Positions 8,003 through 18,200 of a DNA stretch of 20,196 nt are shown piece after piece. Under the pieces are notes generated by a model that searched no databases, was not told the DNA's origin, and worked only from the letters and a program-made list of their open reading frames with translations. A program made the position numbers and the translations under genes. The number at the start of each line of letters is the position of its first letter. Position 1 is the stretch's first letter. This stretch comes from Caecitellus pseudoparvulus (Eukaryota > Protista > Bigyra: Bicosoecida), in the NCBI GenBank assembly GCA_965644315.1, contig CBFFRQ010000101.1, positions 1 to 20,196 on the forward strand. The letters are read 5' to 3'.

Positions 8003-10075
8003 ATGGCAGCATGCACCCCAGCTGCGGAACTTGCCAGCTGCACGCGAGTCAGAGTGCTCGACGGCCAAAGAGTCCTCTTTCGGGGCAAAGTGCAGCACAC
8101 AGCTGACAGCTTCGCTTTGTCAATGCCTCGCGTCTCGACGGTGGATTTTCAAGTGTGTGACACTGCGCGTCCCATTCCGCCAGGTCTGGTCTGGCTGCGG
8201 GTCGTTGTGGAACCCGAAACAGCACACGTTCAGCCACTAGCAAGGTCCCTTCTGGGCGATGCCCAGCGCTCCCCAAAGCTCATCTTCAGCTCGGGGGCCC
8301 AGGGCCCTCAGCTGGTGCTGGCAGCAAGTGTGTCTGGTACACCTGGGCCAGATCACGACACAGCGCAAGACAAAGAGTCTGCCATCAGCATTTGGCTGGC
8401 CTCTGTGGAGCAGCACCATACATGGCGTGTCAGTAGGAAGCGGCGCCGGCCGTCGCCGGACTGTGCTGCATGTGACCAAGGAGATGCGGGCGCCGAGCCA
8501 GTCTTGCGGGGTGCGCCGCAACGTGGCGACGCACCCCCTGCCGTGGCTGTCTTGCGGGACGCAGCTCTCACAGCAGCGTGCATGATAGTGGCCAACCAGC
8601 TCGTGCGCCATCGGCCCTACTCTGCCCAAACAAAGACAGGCCGGAGTTTGCGCAAGGAGAGTACCCTCACAGGTGTGCAAGGCATCGTAGGACGCTGGAT
8701 CTTCGGGTCGTTCTTGAAGCCACAGCGCATGGATTGCTTCTCAACCGATCCTCTCTTGCCCCAATGCCCGCCTGGAGGACACTCGCCAGATATGGGAGTC
8801 GTGAAGGAGTTTGAGAGGCTTGGCTTACCACCCGATGCCGCTGGCTCTACTGAAAAGCTACTTGCGTTGTCCCTGCATGCCGCCGCGAAACTGGTATCGA
8901 ACTTTGCGCTGTCAGTCAAGCTTTCAGATGCGTGGACAGATACTGAGGCGGGATTGCAGGCAATTGGCCCATCTGGAATCCCACTTGAAAGCCCAGGGCC
9001 TGCTCAACTGAAAGCAGCCGCATCAAGCACTATCAAGGCAAGCGGAGACGTTGAGGGGTGTGTTCGTTTGGTGTGGACTGCACCGGCCACGCATTTTCAA
9101 GTACCATGCAAAGGCCTTCCATTGCACGTGGCTAAACCCTTTGACTTGGCATCAAGTGTTTCTGTGACTGATGGGCCGGGGCATGCGAGGTGGACGGGTG
9201 GTCCGCCGTACCCACCTTCAGCTAGGGACCAGCCTTTCACTTTTCCATCCACAGTCACATTGGAGTTGCGGGAGTCGCACTACGCGAAACTCCTGATACT
9301 GTACGCACGTGCCTCCCTCCGTGGTGGATCACCCAGCGACTCGCAGCTGGCTATCGCTGGGCGGCGCTTGCACACGCGCATGTTCAATTGCCTCGCAAGG
9401 TATGAGACTCTGTCAGGGAACTCCTCTGGTTTCCAAGGAGCTGTGACCCATGTGGTGTTCGACACGCTGTCGGATGCCATGGGTGCATCGGTGGAAGGCT
9501 TCGCGTCGCCGTTGAATTGCTACCTGCCCCAGTTCTGCAGTCTATTTCCAGACGTAGACTGCCACTTTGGAAGCCTTGGCGACTTCTTCGGGTGTTCACT
9601 CCGAGAGGGTTGCTACGAGGTAAACCCGCCGTTTGTGCACGCGACGCTGGGTGCTGCATGGGACAAAATGCGCACCGCACTGGAGGCATCGGAGCTGGTC
9701 AAGCACTCTGCAGGGGCATTAAGTACAGTGGAAGCCCCCGCTCTTCAGTTCATCTTCATCACACCGGGCTGGGCGGATGCTGGTTGGGCACAGGAGGCTG
9801 CCGCTTCCCCATTCTGCTCGGCTCGCCTGCAACCCGGCCTCGGCGCCCACGAGTACAGGGATGGTGTTCAATGGCGATCACGGCGCCTTGTCTGGAGCGC
9901 CAACACCCAGTCGTACTACTTCTTCCTGCAGAACACAGCTGCGAGGCAGAAATACCCCCTGTCCACGCAGTTGCTTCATGTGCTTGAGTCGCGCCTTCAG
10001 GAGTCTGTGGTAGACCAGTCTGTGCCCCTCCTCCAGGAAGTGGGGCTACCAAGATCCAACATGACTCCTGCATGA
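8003..10075 (+). CDS. PCIF1: PCIF1/CAPAM-like cap-specific adenosine N6-methyltransferase (start at 8003, or at the upstream in-frame ATG 7880)
   Basis: The C-terminal third carries the PCIF1 catalytic-domain signature: LARYETL...GFQGAV...FDTL...EGFASPLNCY...FCSLFPDVDCHFGSLGDFF...GCYEVNPPF (NPPF at 9623-9634), then LQFIFITPGW...HEYRDG.Q...FFLQNTAA. NLS-like RKRRRP near 8435. Confidence 0.88.
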   Translation: MAACTPAAELASCTRVRVLDGQRVLFRGKVQHTADSFALSMPRVSTVDFQVCDTARPIPPGLVWLRVVVEPETAHVQPLARSLLGDAQRSPKLIFSSGAQGPQLVLAASVSGTPGPDHDTAQDKESAISIWLASVEQHHTWRVSRKRRRPSPDCAACDQGDAGAEPVLRGAPQRGDAPPAVAVLRDAALTAACMIVANQLVRHRPYSAQTKTGRSLRKESTLTGVQGIVGRWIFGSFLKPQRMDCFSTDPLLPQCPPGGHSPDMGVVKEFERLGLPPDAAGSTEKLLALSLHAAAKLVSNFALSVKLSDAWTDTEAGLQAIGPSGIPLESPGPAQLKAAASSTIKASGDVEGCVRLVWTAPATHFQVPCKGLPLHVAKPFDLASSVSVTDGPGHARWTGGPPYPPSARDQPFTFPSTVTLELRESHYAKLLILYARASLRGGSPSDSQLAIAGRRLHTRMFNCLARYETLSGNSSGFQGAVTHVVFDTLSDAMGASVEGFASPLNCYLPQFCSLFPDVDCHFGSLGDFFGCSLREGCYEVNPPFVHATLGAAWDKMRTALEASELVKHSAGALSTVEAPALQFIFITPGWADAGWAQEAAASPFCSARLQPGLGAHEYRDGVQWRSRRLVWSANTQSYYFFLQNTAARQKYPLSTQLLHVLESRLQESVVDQSVPLLQEVGLPRSNMTPA

Positions 10076-10357
10076 AGACCACGTGGTTGTTGGAGCACGG
10101 CCGTTTGAATCCCGTGTAAGGTCATGTGTGATGAAAACCAACGTAGGTTCGCCGGCAGCCGAACGACTGCCGGTACAATGAGCAAGCAGTGCAAATCACA
10201 ACCTGCTACATTCAATAAACTCCCAGCGATGTTCATCGGGGTAATTCCCACACTCGCACTGCGACTCGGGCTTTTGTTGCAAACGCTGGCTGCTGTCTGC
10301 GCTCGGAGACAAGTACCGGCAGGCGCGCACGTTGGATCGGTAATCTGTCTGACCGCC

Positions 10358-13300
10358 ATGCCTCCCAAGCAACTTACACGCAAGAAGAAACGGCCACGGG
10401 TAGGTCATTTGAGATCTGCTTTGGGCCATGGGTGCCTCGGCCATGCTGCAACTCCCTCTTGCGCAGGGGACGAGGCAGCGAGCCTTGTCTGCCAGCACCA
10501 CTATGCAATTGCCTCGCCCTAGGGATGCCAGTGGCGAGGCGCTACCCTTCGATTTTACGGCACTGGACCTGAAGCTCGACCACGCGAACCGCCCATTTTG
10601 GATTCTCCCCAACGGGGTGATCATCCTTGAGGCATTCAACCAGTTCTATGAGCAGGTATGTGGTGCGATTTCCGCAGGAGCACTCCACGTCGTACAGTCA
10701 GGCACTTGCCTTGCAGGCAAGAGACTTCCTAATTGCAATCTGTGAGCCAAAGCGCCGCCCAGAGTTCTTGCACGAGTATTCCCTTGACAAGAATGCCCTG
10801 TTCGCCGCTGCCTCCATGGGCATGACCGCCGACCTAATCCTCCGAGCTCTGCAAAAGCTCAGCAAGACGCCAGTGCCAAAGACTGTGCGCAACTTTGTGC
10901 TGCAGTGCACAACTGGCTATGGCAAGGTCAAACTTGTCCTGGAGCGCTCACGGTACTTTGTGGAGTCAGCGTACCCTGCAGTGTTGAAGTTACTTGCGCT
11001 GCACCCAACCATCGCTGCGGCGCGAGTGCTTCCCTCAGCCACAGAGGCCGACAAGCACGGCTTCCTGACTGCATCCGCCCACGAAGAACATCAAGAGAGT
11101 TTAGGTGTGCGTGGAATCATCAAGGTTGGCTCGGGTGCAGCGGGAGACAGGAGGGCGTGGGCCGCCGACACGGCAGATGGGTTGCTATCCTCACGCATGA
11201 CTGGGGAAGTCGCGGACGATGACAAGGGAGACGAGGAAGAGACTGGGTCAAAGGTGACTCTTGATCCCACAGAGCGTGTTGATGAGGATGAGTACAGCGA
11301 TGGCCGCGGGGAAGACGACAGCGAAGAAGAGGAGGCTTTTGCTGCGAGTCTTTCAGCCTTGCGTGCCGTGACCGGTCGTGCCCACGCCTGGTCTGCTCAA
11401 CAGACCAAGGCAGTTGCTTCCTCAGGGCACAGCATTGCAGGGGATGATTCGGCTGTGGGCGCTGTCCGCATAGACACCCACACGTCCAAGCGTGGCCGCC
11501 AAGTGGCTGTGCGAGGCAAGCAAAACCTCAGTGGTCTGGACTTGTCCAGCTCCGATGACGAGGAGCCTGTACAGACTAAGAAAGGAGGCACACCACAAGA
11601 AGACGAAGATGTGGTGATTGAACTTGCAGAGTCGGGAGGTGCCGCTGCTCTCGGAGAGGATGTCGAGGACGAAGATGACGATTTCGAGCTTGTGGACGAG
11701 GCAGAGCTGTCAGAGGGCGGAGTGGACCGCGACTCAGACTACGATGATGACCTGGCGATTGACGAAGGTGAATTGGAGCCTACCCCAAAGGTTCCACGGC
11801 GAAAGTCCTCAGCACCCTCTGCTCATGCTCGCCGCAAAGAAGCCATGGCCGCTGCTGACCCTTTGGCCCTGCTGCCCGTCGCCGCGCAGAGCACGTGGAA
11901 GTCCATGCAGCGAAAAGCCGCCTCTCAGGCCATGAAACCCTTGAAAGGAGCTGCAGCCCGTCGGGTGCTTCGATTTGAAGTGGCCCAGGACTCTGTCGAG
12001 GACGTACGGCGAGTCTCTCTAAGCCTGGAGCCGCCGTACCCCATGATGCAAGAGTATGACTTCCGTGCAGATGTTCATGGTGTTGACAAGCTCGACATTG
12101 CCCTTCGGCAACCGGAGCTCCTGCGGCCTTACCAGGCAAAGAGCCTGGCCAAGATGTACGGAAACGGCCGTGCTCGCAGTGGCATCATCGTACTGCCATG
12201 CGGCGCCGGAAAAACTCTGGTTGGCATCGCTGCGGTTTGCACCATGAAGAAGAGCGCGCTCGTGTTCTGCCCAAACTCTAACAGTGTCGACCAATGGATT
12301 GGCCAGTTCAAGGCATTCACGACTGTCCCCCCTGGACGGTTGATCAAACTCACTGCCAAGCACAAGGAGAAGCTGCCACCGCCAGGTGAAGGGTGCATCG
12401 TGCTCACAACTTACCACATGATCGCTGCTGGTGGCAAGCGGGCCGCAAATACTGCGGCGCTTCTGCAGGACATCCAAAGCCGGGAGTGGGGCCTGTCCCT
12501 GTTGGACGAAGTGCACACGGCGGTGGCTGACAAGTTCAGCCGGGTGCTCAAGCTGCGCAGTCACTGCCGCTTGGGCCTCACGGCTACACTTGTGCGAGAG
12601 GACGGCCGCGACAGGGATCTGAGCTATCTCATTGGGCCGAAATTGTACGAAGCAAACTGGATGGACTTGACTAAGAGGGGGTACCTGGCCAACGTGCAGG
12701 TCGTGGAGGTCTGGTGCCCCATGGTGCCCCGCTTCTACCGAGAGTACTTAGCGGAAGGATCAGCCGCCAAGCAGAAGGCGCTCGCAATTATGAATCCGAC
12801 CAAGTGTTTTGTGCTGCACCGCCTCTTGGAAAAGCACTGCGCACGAGGTGAGACCTTCCGAGCCAAACCCTGCCACGTGCCGCGCCGCCTCTCGCTGCGA
12901 CCGCTATCACCCGCGTTCACGTTCGCCCCATGCCCTGCGCAGCTGGCGACAAAGTCATTGTGTTCAGTGAGTCTGTCTTTGCTGTGGAGCTGTACGCTAA
13001 GCGCTTTGGGCACCCTTTCATCACTGGCAGCACCCCTGACCGCGACCGAGCACACATCATTGCTGCTTTTCGAGAGAGCGATGATGTGAAAGTACTCTTC
13101 TTGACCCGCGTCGGAGATGTAGCTTTGGATGTTCCAGACGCCAACGTTATCATCCAGATCTCCTCCAACTACGGTAGCCGTCTGCAAGAAGCGCAGCGAC
13201 TGGGCCGCATCCTCCGCAAGGGACGACAATACCACGCGGCTTCACAGTTCAATGCGTTCTTCTACACCCTCATCTCCACCGACACAGCAGAGGTGTACTT

Positions 13301-13859
13301 CTCAGCAAAACGCAGGAGGTACTTGGTGGATCAAGGGTACGCGTACAAGGTGGTGCACCCCGTCTCTGGTGACGGAGCTGGCATTGCACGCAGCCAAGCA
13401 GAGCTGGAGTCAGGCTGTCCATTCATGACTGCCATCGATGAGCAAGAACGGACGCTGCGCGAGCTGCAGGCGCACGATGTTGATGCAGAGGAGCGTACCG
13501 AGTCCAGGCACATTGCTGCGGCAGCCGAGGATAGTGATGAAGAACCCACCCTCCGAGGGCGCGCCAGTCTGTCCGCTGCCAGTCGAGCCCTGGGGCGCTC
13601 CATGGCCCAGGTTACCAGTCACGCTATTGTTCCGTCTGCTTCGCGCGCCATAGGCAGCATGCACGCATGGAGCACAGCAGGAGATGCTTCGTACATGGAG
13701 TACACAAGCACCGACCGCATTGACGCTGCAGCTGCCGCTGAGCAAGAAGCAGCGAGGGCCCGCAAGTCGGCTTTGAAGCAAGCGGTGGCTGAAGGACAAC
13801 GGCCTAGCCGCCCCAAGCCAAGGCAGGCACCCTCTTATGCAGACCGACTGCTTCGGTGA
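10358..13859 (+). CDS. XPB: TFIIH core DNA helicase/translocase XPB (ERCC3/SSL2/RAD25); join(10358..10399,10467..10655,10717..12847,12943..13859), ~1092 aa
   Basis: NTD LKLDHANRPFWI...LEAFNQFYEQARDFLIAICEP..RPEFLHEY and YGKVKLVL; YPMMQEYDFR; LRPYQAKSLAKMYGNGRARSGIIVLPCGAGKT; DEVH; LGLTATLVRED; GPKLYEANW; GDKVIVFS; QEAQRLGRILR; AFFYTLISTDTAEVYFSAKRRRYLVDQGY; C-terminal YMEY. Three phase-consistent GT-AG introns: 10400..10466, 10656..10716, 12848..12942. Confidence 0.96.
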
Positions 13860-13867
13860 GGTGCCGG

Positions 13868-14389
13868 CTACTTGAAGCGCAGTTTGAAGATAAAGTCGGG
13901 CGAGAGAGTCGTGTCGTGAGGTGTACGCTTCGTGAGCGAAGGTGCGACAAGCACAAGATCTACCACGATTGGGAGAAAAGTTTGTTGCTGTATCAAAGCC
14001 AAGGTGTCCAGAACCGTGCAAGGGTTGTCTTGAACATTCTGCCGATGGGCATCCAGCACTGCATGGAGACCAACCATCAGCGTGCGAAGTAGCGAAGTAC
14101 TGCCAAAGGTGGGATCTTCTTGGAGAGTCAGGAGGCGGAAAGTAACCTTCCGTGTGCGATATTTTGAGTTTCCCACGTGGCGTCCCCCTTTTCTGAATGC
14201 ATGCGTCCTTCTCATCGGCGCGAGTGGAAGGTTAACTGCAAGAGCAAGCTGCACAAGGTTTGCGAACACTCGGCCGGGACCAACAAGCACGGTCATGAAT
14301 GGGATCCATGATGCCCAATCTGCGACTCGAGAATTTACGAAGAGCTGTGTCAAAGGCCACGGATCAAGCAGACGCCAACACTGTCGCAT
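13868..14389 (-). CDS. Hypothetical protein (orphan ORF, ~173 aa from the first ATG)
   Basis: Open frame 14461..13868 with first ATG at 14389; its stop lies 8 nt beyond the XPB stop (tail-to-tail). No motif recognised. Confidence 0.25.
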   Translation of the reverse strand: MRQCWRLLDPWPLTQLFVNSRVADWASWIPFMTVLVGPGRVFANLVQLALAVNLPLAPMRRTHAFRKGGRHVGNSKYRTRKVTFRLLTLQEDPTFGSTSLLRTLMVGLHAVLDAHRQNVQDNPCTVLDTLALIQQQTFLPIVVDLVLVAPSLTKRTPHDTTLSPDFIFKLRFK

Positions 14390-14463
14390 AAAGGAGCTGC
14401 ATCGCTTGCTTGCAGGTGTGGAGCTGGCTCCAAGCCAGCCATGGTCACTGAATTGAGGCAATT

Positions 14464-14812
14464 CTACCTTCGCTCCACACTATGAGACCTCAGCAAGAGC
14501 ATCGCACGCCGCCCATGCCGAGTGCCGGTGCCGGCCCACACTGCATCACGCGCAGCTTGCGCAACAGGCTCCCGCTCATTTTGCCAGATTTCGGCTGCGA
14601 TGGTTCGGTGCCCCAGTCAAGCCCAGCAGCACAAGCACGATGTCTGTGTGGCCATTCTCGCATGCGGCTCGGAAGGCCGCTTCAGGTCCGCCCCGATCCG
14701 CTGCGTGCACATCGATTTCCCGTGCTCCAGTGAGCCCCAGCAGCTCACGCACTAATTCCAAATGCCCTTTCTGGCACGCAACCCGAAACCCAGCTGTTGT
14801 GTCTGATCTCTC
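14464..14812 (-). pseudogene. Ankyrin-repeat gene fragment with a +1 frameshift
   Basis: Two ankyrin-like units: AGFRVACQKGHLELVRELLGLTGAREIDVHA and EAAFRAACENGHTDIVLVLLGLTG. Removing one G from the run at 14611-14614 gives ...LTGHRTIAAEIWQNEREPVAQAARDAVWAGTGTRHGRRAMLLLRSHSVERR* (stop at 14464). There is no ATG; an in-frame TGA sits at 14813-14815. Confidence 0.7.
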
Positions 14813-15269
14813 TCACACACAGTTCTCTTGCGATGATAGAGGGGTGTGCCGTAGGCAAGGGAAGAGGGACTGGAACGGAGATTCATGGCAGTTTTTGGAA
14901 CCTAGACATGGCGAGGAGTCTCTCAGGTCAAGTATGACTGCCAGGCATAGTGTGGTGCGTGCTGGGGGTGGAGCTGGCACCATCGTACAATGCATGAATC
15001 GTCAAGTTCCTTCACAAGCGTCTGGCACGGAGACAGTTTACGATTGCACACTTCTCTCACCAAGAACTACATGCACTTGCCACGTCATAGCCAAGCGTAA
15101 CTAGCTTAACCCTCAAGTGACGCAGGCAAGCTCAGCCCTGCGCTTCGCAAGGCTGTGCAAGCTCTGCGAAGTGCTGGGGCGCAGGCGTCAGCACAAGCCC
15201 ACACCGACTCCAAGTTCCCATCGAGCGCCTGTGCGCCCGACTCCACTGCCTTTGCATTCTTTCTCAGAC

Positions 15270-18200
15270 ATGCTTCTGTCATCTCGCTCAGCTCTAGCTA
15301 CGGCTGGCAGGGCACTCAGAGGTGCCGCCGCCATTGTTTGGCGTGGTGGCGTTTCGTCTGGCGGCGCTTTCATGCCCACTGCTTGTGTTGAGTACACCTC
15401 CTCTGTGGAGCACGCCTGGGAAGCCATGACAGGCAGTGTTCCGCGACGAGAGTCCGCGTCTTGTACAAGGGCGTGGCGCTCGTGGCCGGGCGTAGGAGCA
15501 GCACGCTTCAGCAGCACGGCGATGCTGCCTGAGCCTGACACTGTGCTTACGGCGATGAAAACGCTGGCCGTGTATGAGCCTGGAGGTCTGCACACTGCTC
15601 TACATGAACTTGGTCTGGATGTTGCTGTGCCATTTCTGCCCCCTGAGCTGCCTCAGGTACGTGCTGGGGGTGATGGCCCTGACACTTGCATGCTTCTGAG
15701 AGGGTTGCGCACTTCATTTTTCGCATTTGACGCAGGGATCCGACCCAACAACCGCAACAGCTCTGGCACTGGCTTGCCCTGCACTGCGAGGTTTACTGCG
15801 GGACTTGGATGAGCAGGCTTGGGAGGCTGCAGCGCGAGAGATAGTGCAGGATATGGAGACGCTGCTGTTCGTGCCCGCCAAGGAAATCAACAAGAAGTCT
15901 CTTCAAGACATGTTCCACGTAGAGCGGCAAAATCGCCAGCAGCTGATACATGTGCTGCTTATGAATCGAATGAAGCTTGCTGCAGCTGCTGCAGACGCCG
16001 CAGCTGCCGCCGCCAAGAAGAGAGCCGAAGAAGAGGCCACGTGGGCTTCCGCGCTGTCCTCTGCAGGTGTCTCGAATACGGTGCTTCCGCTGCGGGAAGT
16101 TCTGCTCGACAGTGCGGCTGGGCAGGAGTTCGTGCCAGAGACCGGCCACCGTCAGGCGGTGCGGCATGTGCTGGGTTGGAAGCTTGGCCTCGGGGAAGCG
16201 ATGCTGGAAGGTAAGAAGGAAGTATTGGATTGGTTTGACGAGGCCAAGGCTGCACTGCAGAGGGAGCACGTGGGACGAGCGGGCGATGCAGGTGGTGCAG
16301 CAGGAAGCGAAGGCGCGTCGCAGCACGCCATGGACATCACTGGATTGAATCCTGTGTTTGGTGAGAACGGGGAGGTTGTGGCATTTGCAACGAGGTTCCT
16401 CCCACCTATGGGCAGCGAAGCTCTCGAGCCGAAAGACTTCCAGCAAGAGTATGGCATCTGCGTGGCGGCAGACGAGGAGGCAGCGCCGTCCTTGTTCCCA
16501 CTGACTCATGGGCCAAGCGCACGAGACTTTGTTCACATTTGCACCGTGCGGCCCCGTCTAGACGGCACGCTGGAGCAGCTGCCGCGGGAAGCAGTCCGCA
16601 CTGTGAGCATCGTGTGGACGCCAGAGCGCATCGCTTTCCTCGCAAGCTGCGCGGAAGCGCTGAAGACAAAGCGCCCAGGTCATTTGTTGACAGGGGTGCA
16701 TGGATGCGGCAAGAGCACCACTCTGGCAGCGTTGGTCAGCATCGCGGCTGTGGGCGCTGGGGCTGACGTGCTGTATGTACGGGATGGCGGTGCCTTTGTT
16801 GGTAGTGAAGTTGAGACACTGCTGCAAGGACTTAGCACGAGCACAGGGGACAATCTGAGCGGCGATGTGTTGCATGACCGCATGTGGCCGCTGCTGGGCC
16901 CTCAGGAACCGCCTCCAATGGTATTCATGAATGCGATGAAAATGCTGTTCGGTGTCGCGAGCCAACATGGGCCCCGAAAGAGTCGCCGCTTGGTTGTGGT
17001 GGATGAGGTGAACAATTTGTACCGAAAGGTGAAGGATGCAAAGCCATTAACTTTGCAAGGGGAGCTTCGAGAGTGGTGCGATTGGTCCGGTTTTAGTCAA
17101 GCAATGGGTACGATGCGTGTGCTGGCAAGCTCCCCAGACACCATTTTGGAGGAAACGATCAAGAGCCAATTTTCAGAGGTTTTCTACGAGCTGGGGCCAA
17201 CCACGACAAAGACCATGATGGCAGTGCTCTTCAGTGGGGTCGATGCAGAGCTGTCGCTGCCAAGCGCAGGGCACGCTGGAGTGGGCGGCAGGCCTGCGAT
17301 TCCAACGGAGCATGAGCTGTGGGAAATGCTGCAGTACCTTGGCAATGTGCCACGCTTCGTTCGGCAGTACCTTCAAGATCTGAAGCACATGGGGCACAAG
17401 CAGGCTCTGCAGCGAACGTTCGACAAGTTGTCAGATGAGCTGCAGAGCCGCCTCGAGCGACAGCTTCGTGACAACAGCACAGAGGTGACGCTTACCTGGT
17501 CCACCATTGCGGCAGCGACCTGGGGATTGCATATGGGGGATGCACTTGATGGGCTGGTGAATGCCTCCATGGTATCTCGTGTTGATGTCAAACTTCAAAG
17601 GGTGAGAAGAAACGCAGTGTTTGTGTCCTTGGCTGCGAGGCATGCCCTCCTGCAGGTGTTGCTGTCACATACTTACGGGAGAACAGATGGGCAGCGATTG
17701 TCGAATCTGTTAGGAGGGGTTGATTCCACGGAGAGTGAATTTGAGCGCGACATTGTCGCACTCTTGGCGCTGGGTGCGTGCGGACACCGTGCTTTGGCGG
17801 TGGGCCAAGCATTTCTTCCTGAGAAAGTGAAGCAGTCCATGGAGTACCCTCAGAACGAAAACTCCCTGGGCTTGGTGGAGGTGGTGTCGCCTGCATCGGT
17901 CACGAACGCTCCTCGTTTGTCACAACTGATGAGAGTCTTGGGACTGAAGGAGGGGGTGACGCCACAAGTTGGCGAAGTTCCACCAAGCCAGCTCATGCTC
18001 GAGAGCTCCGTGGTGCCGGCAGATGTGTTGTCATCCTTGCATGACATGAAGGCAGGCGACGCCTGGGTGATCCAGACGTGGAAGAACAGCCCTGGCGTGG
18101 ACGCCTTGTTGGTGCATCGTGACAAAGAAGTCAAGCACGCCGTGTTCGTAGAGGTAACTTCCTCCAACCTGTACGCCCACGCATCAGGAAAGGGAAAACC

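Noticed and set aside
12848-13089. Apparent frameshift or split of XPB into two ORFs
   Set aside because: Fully explained by the 95-nt phase-1 intron 12848..12942.
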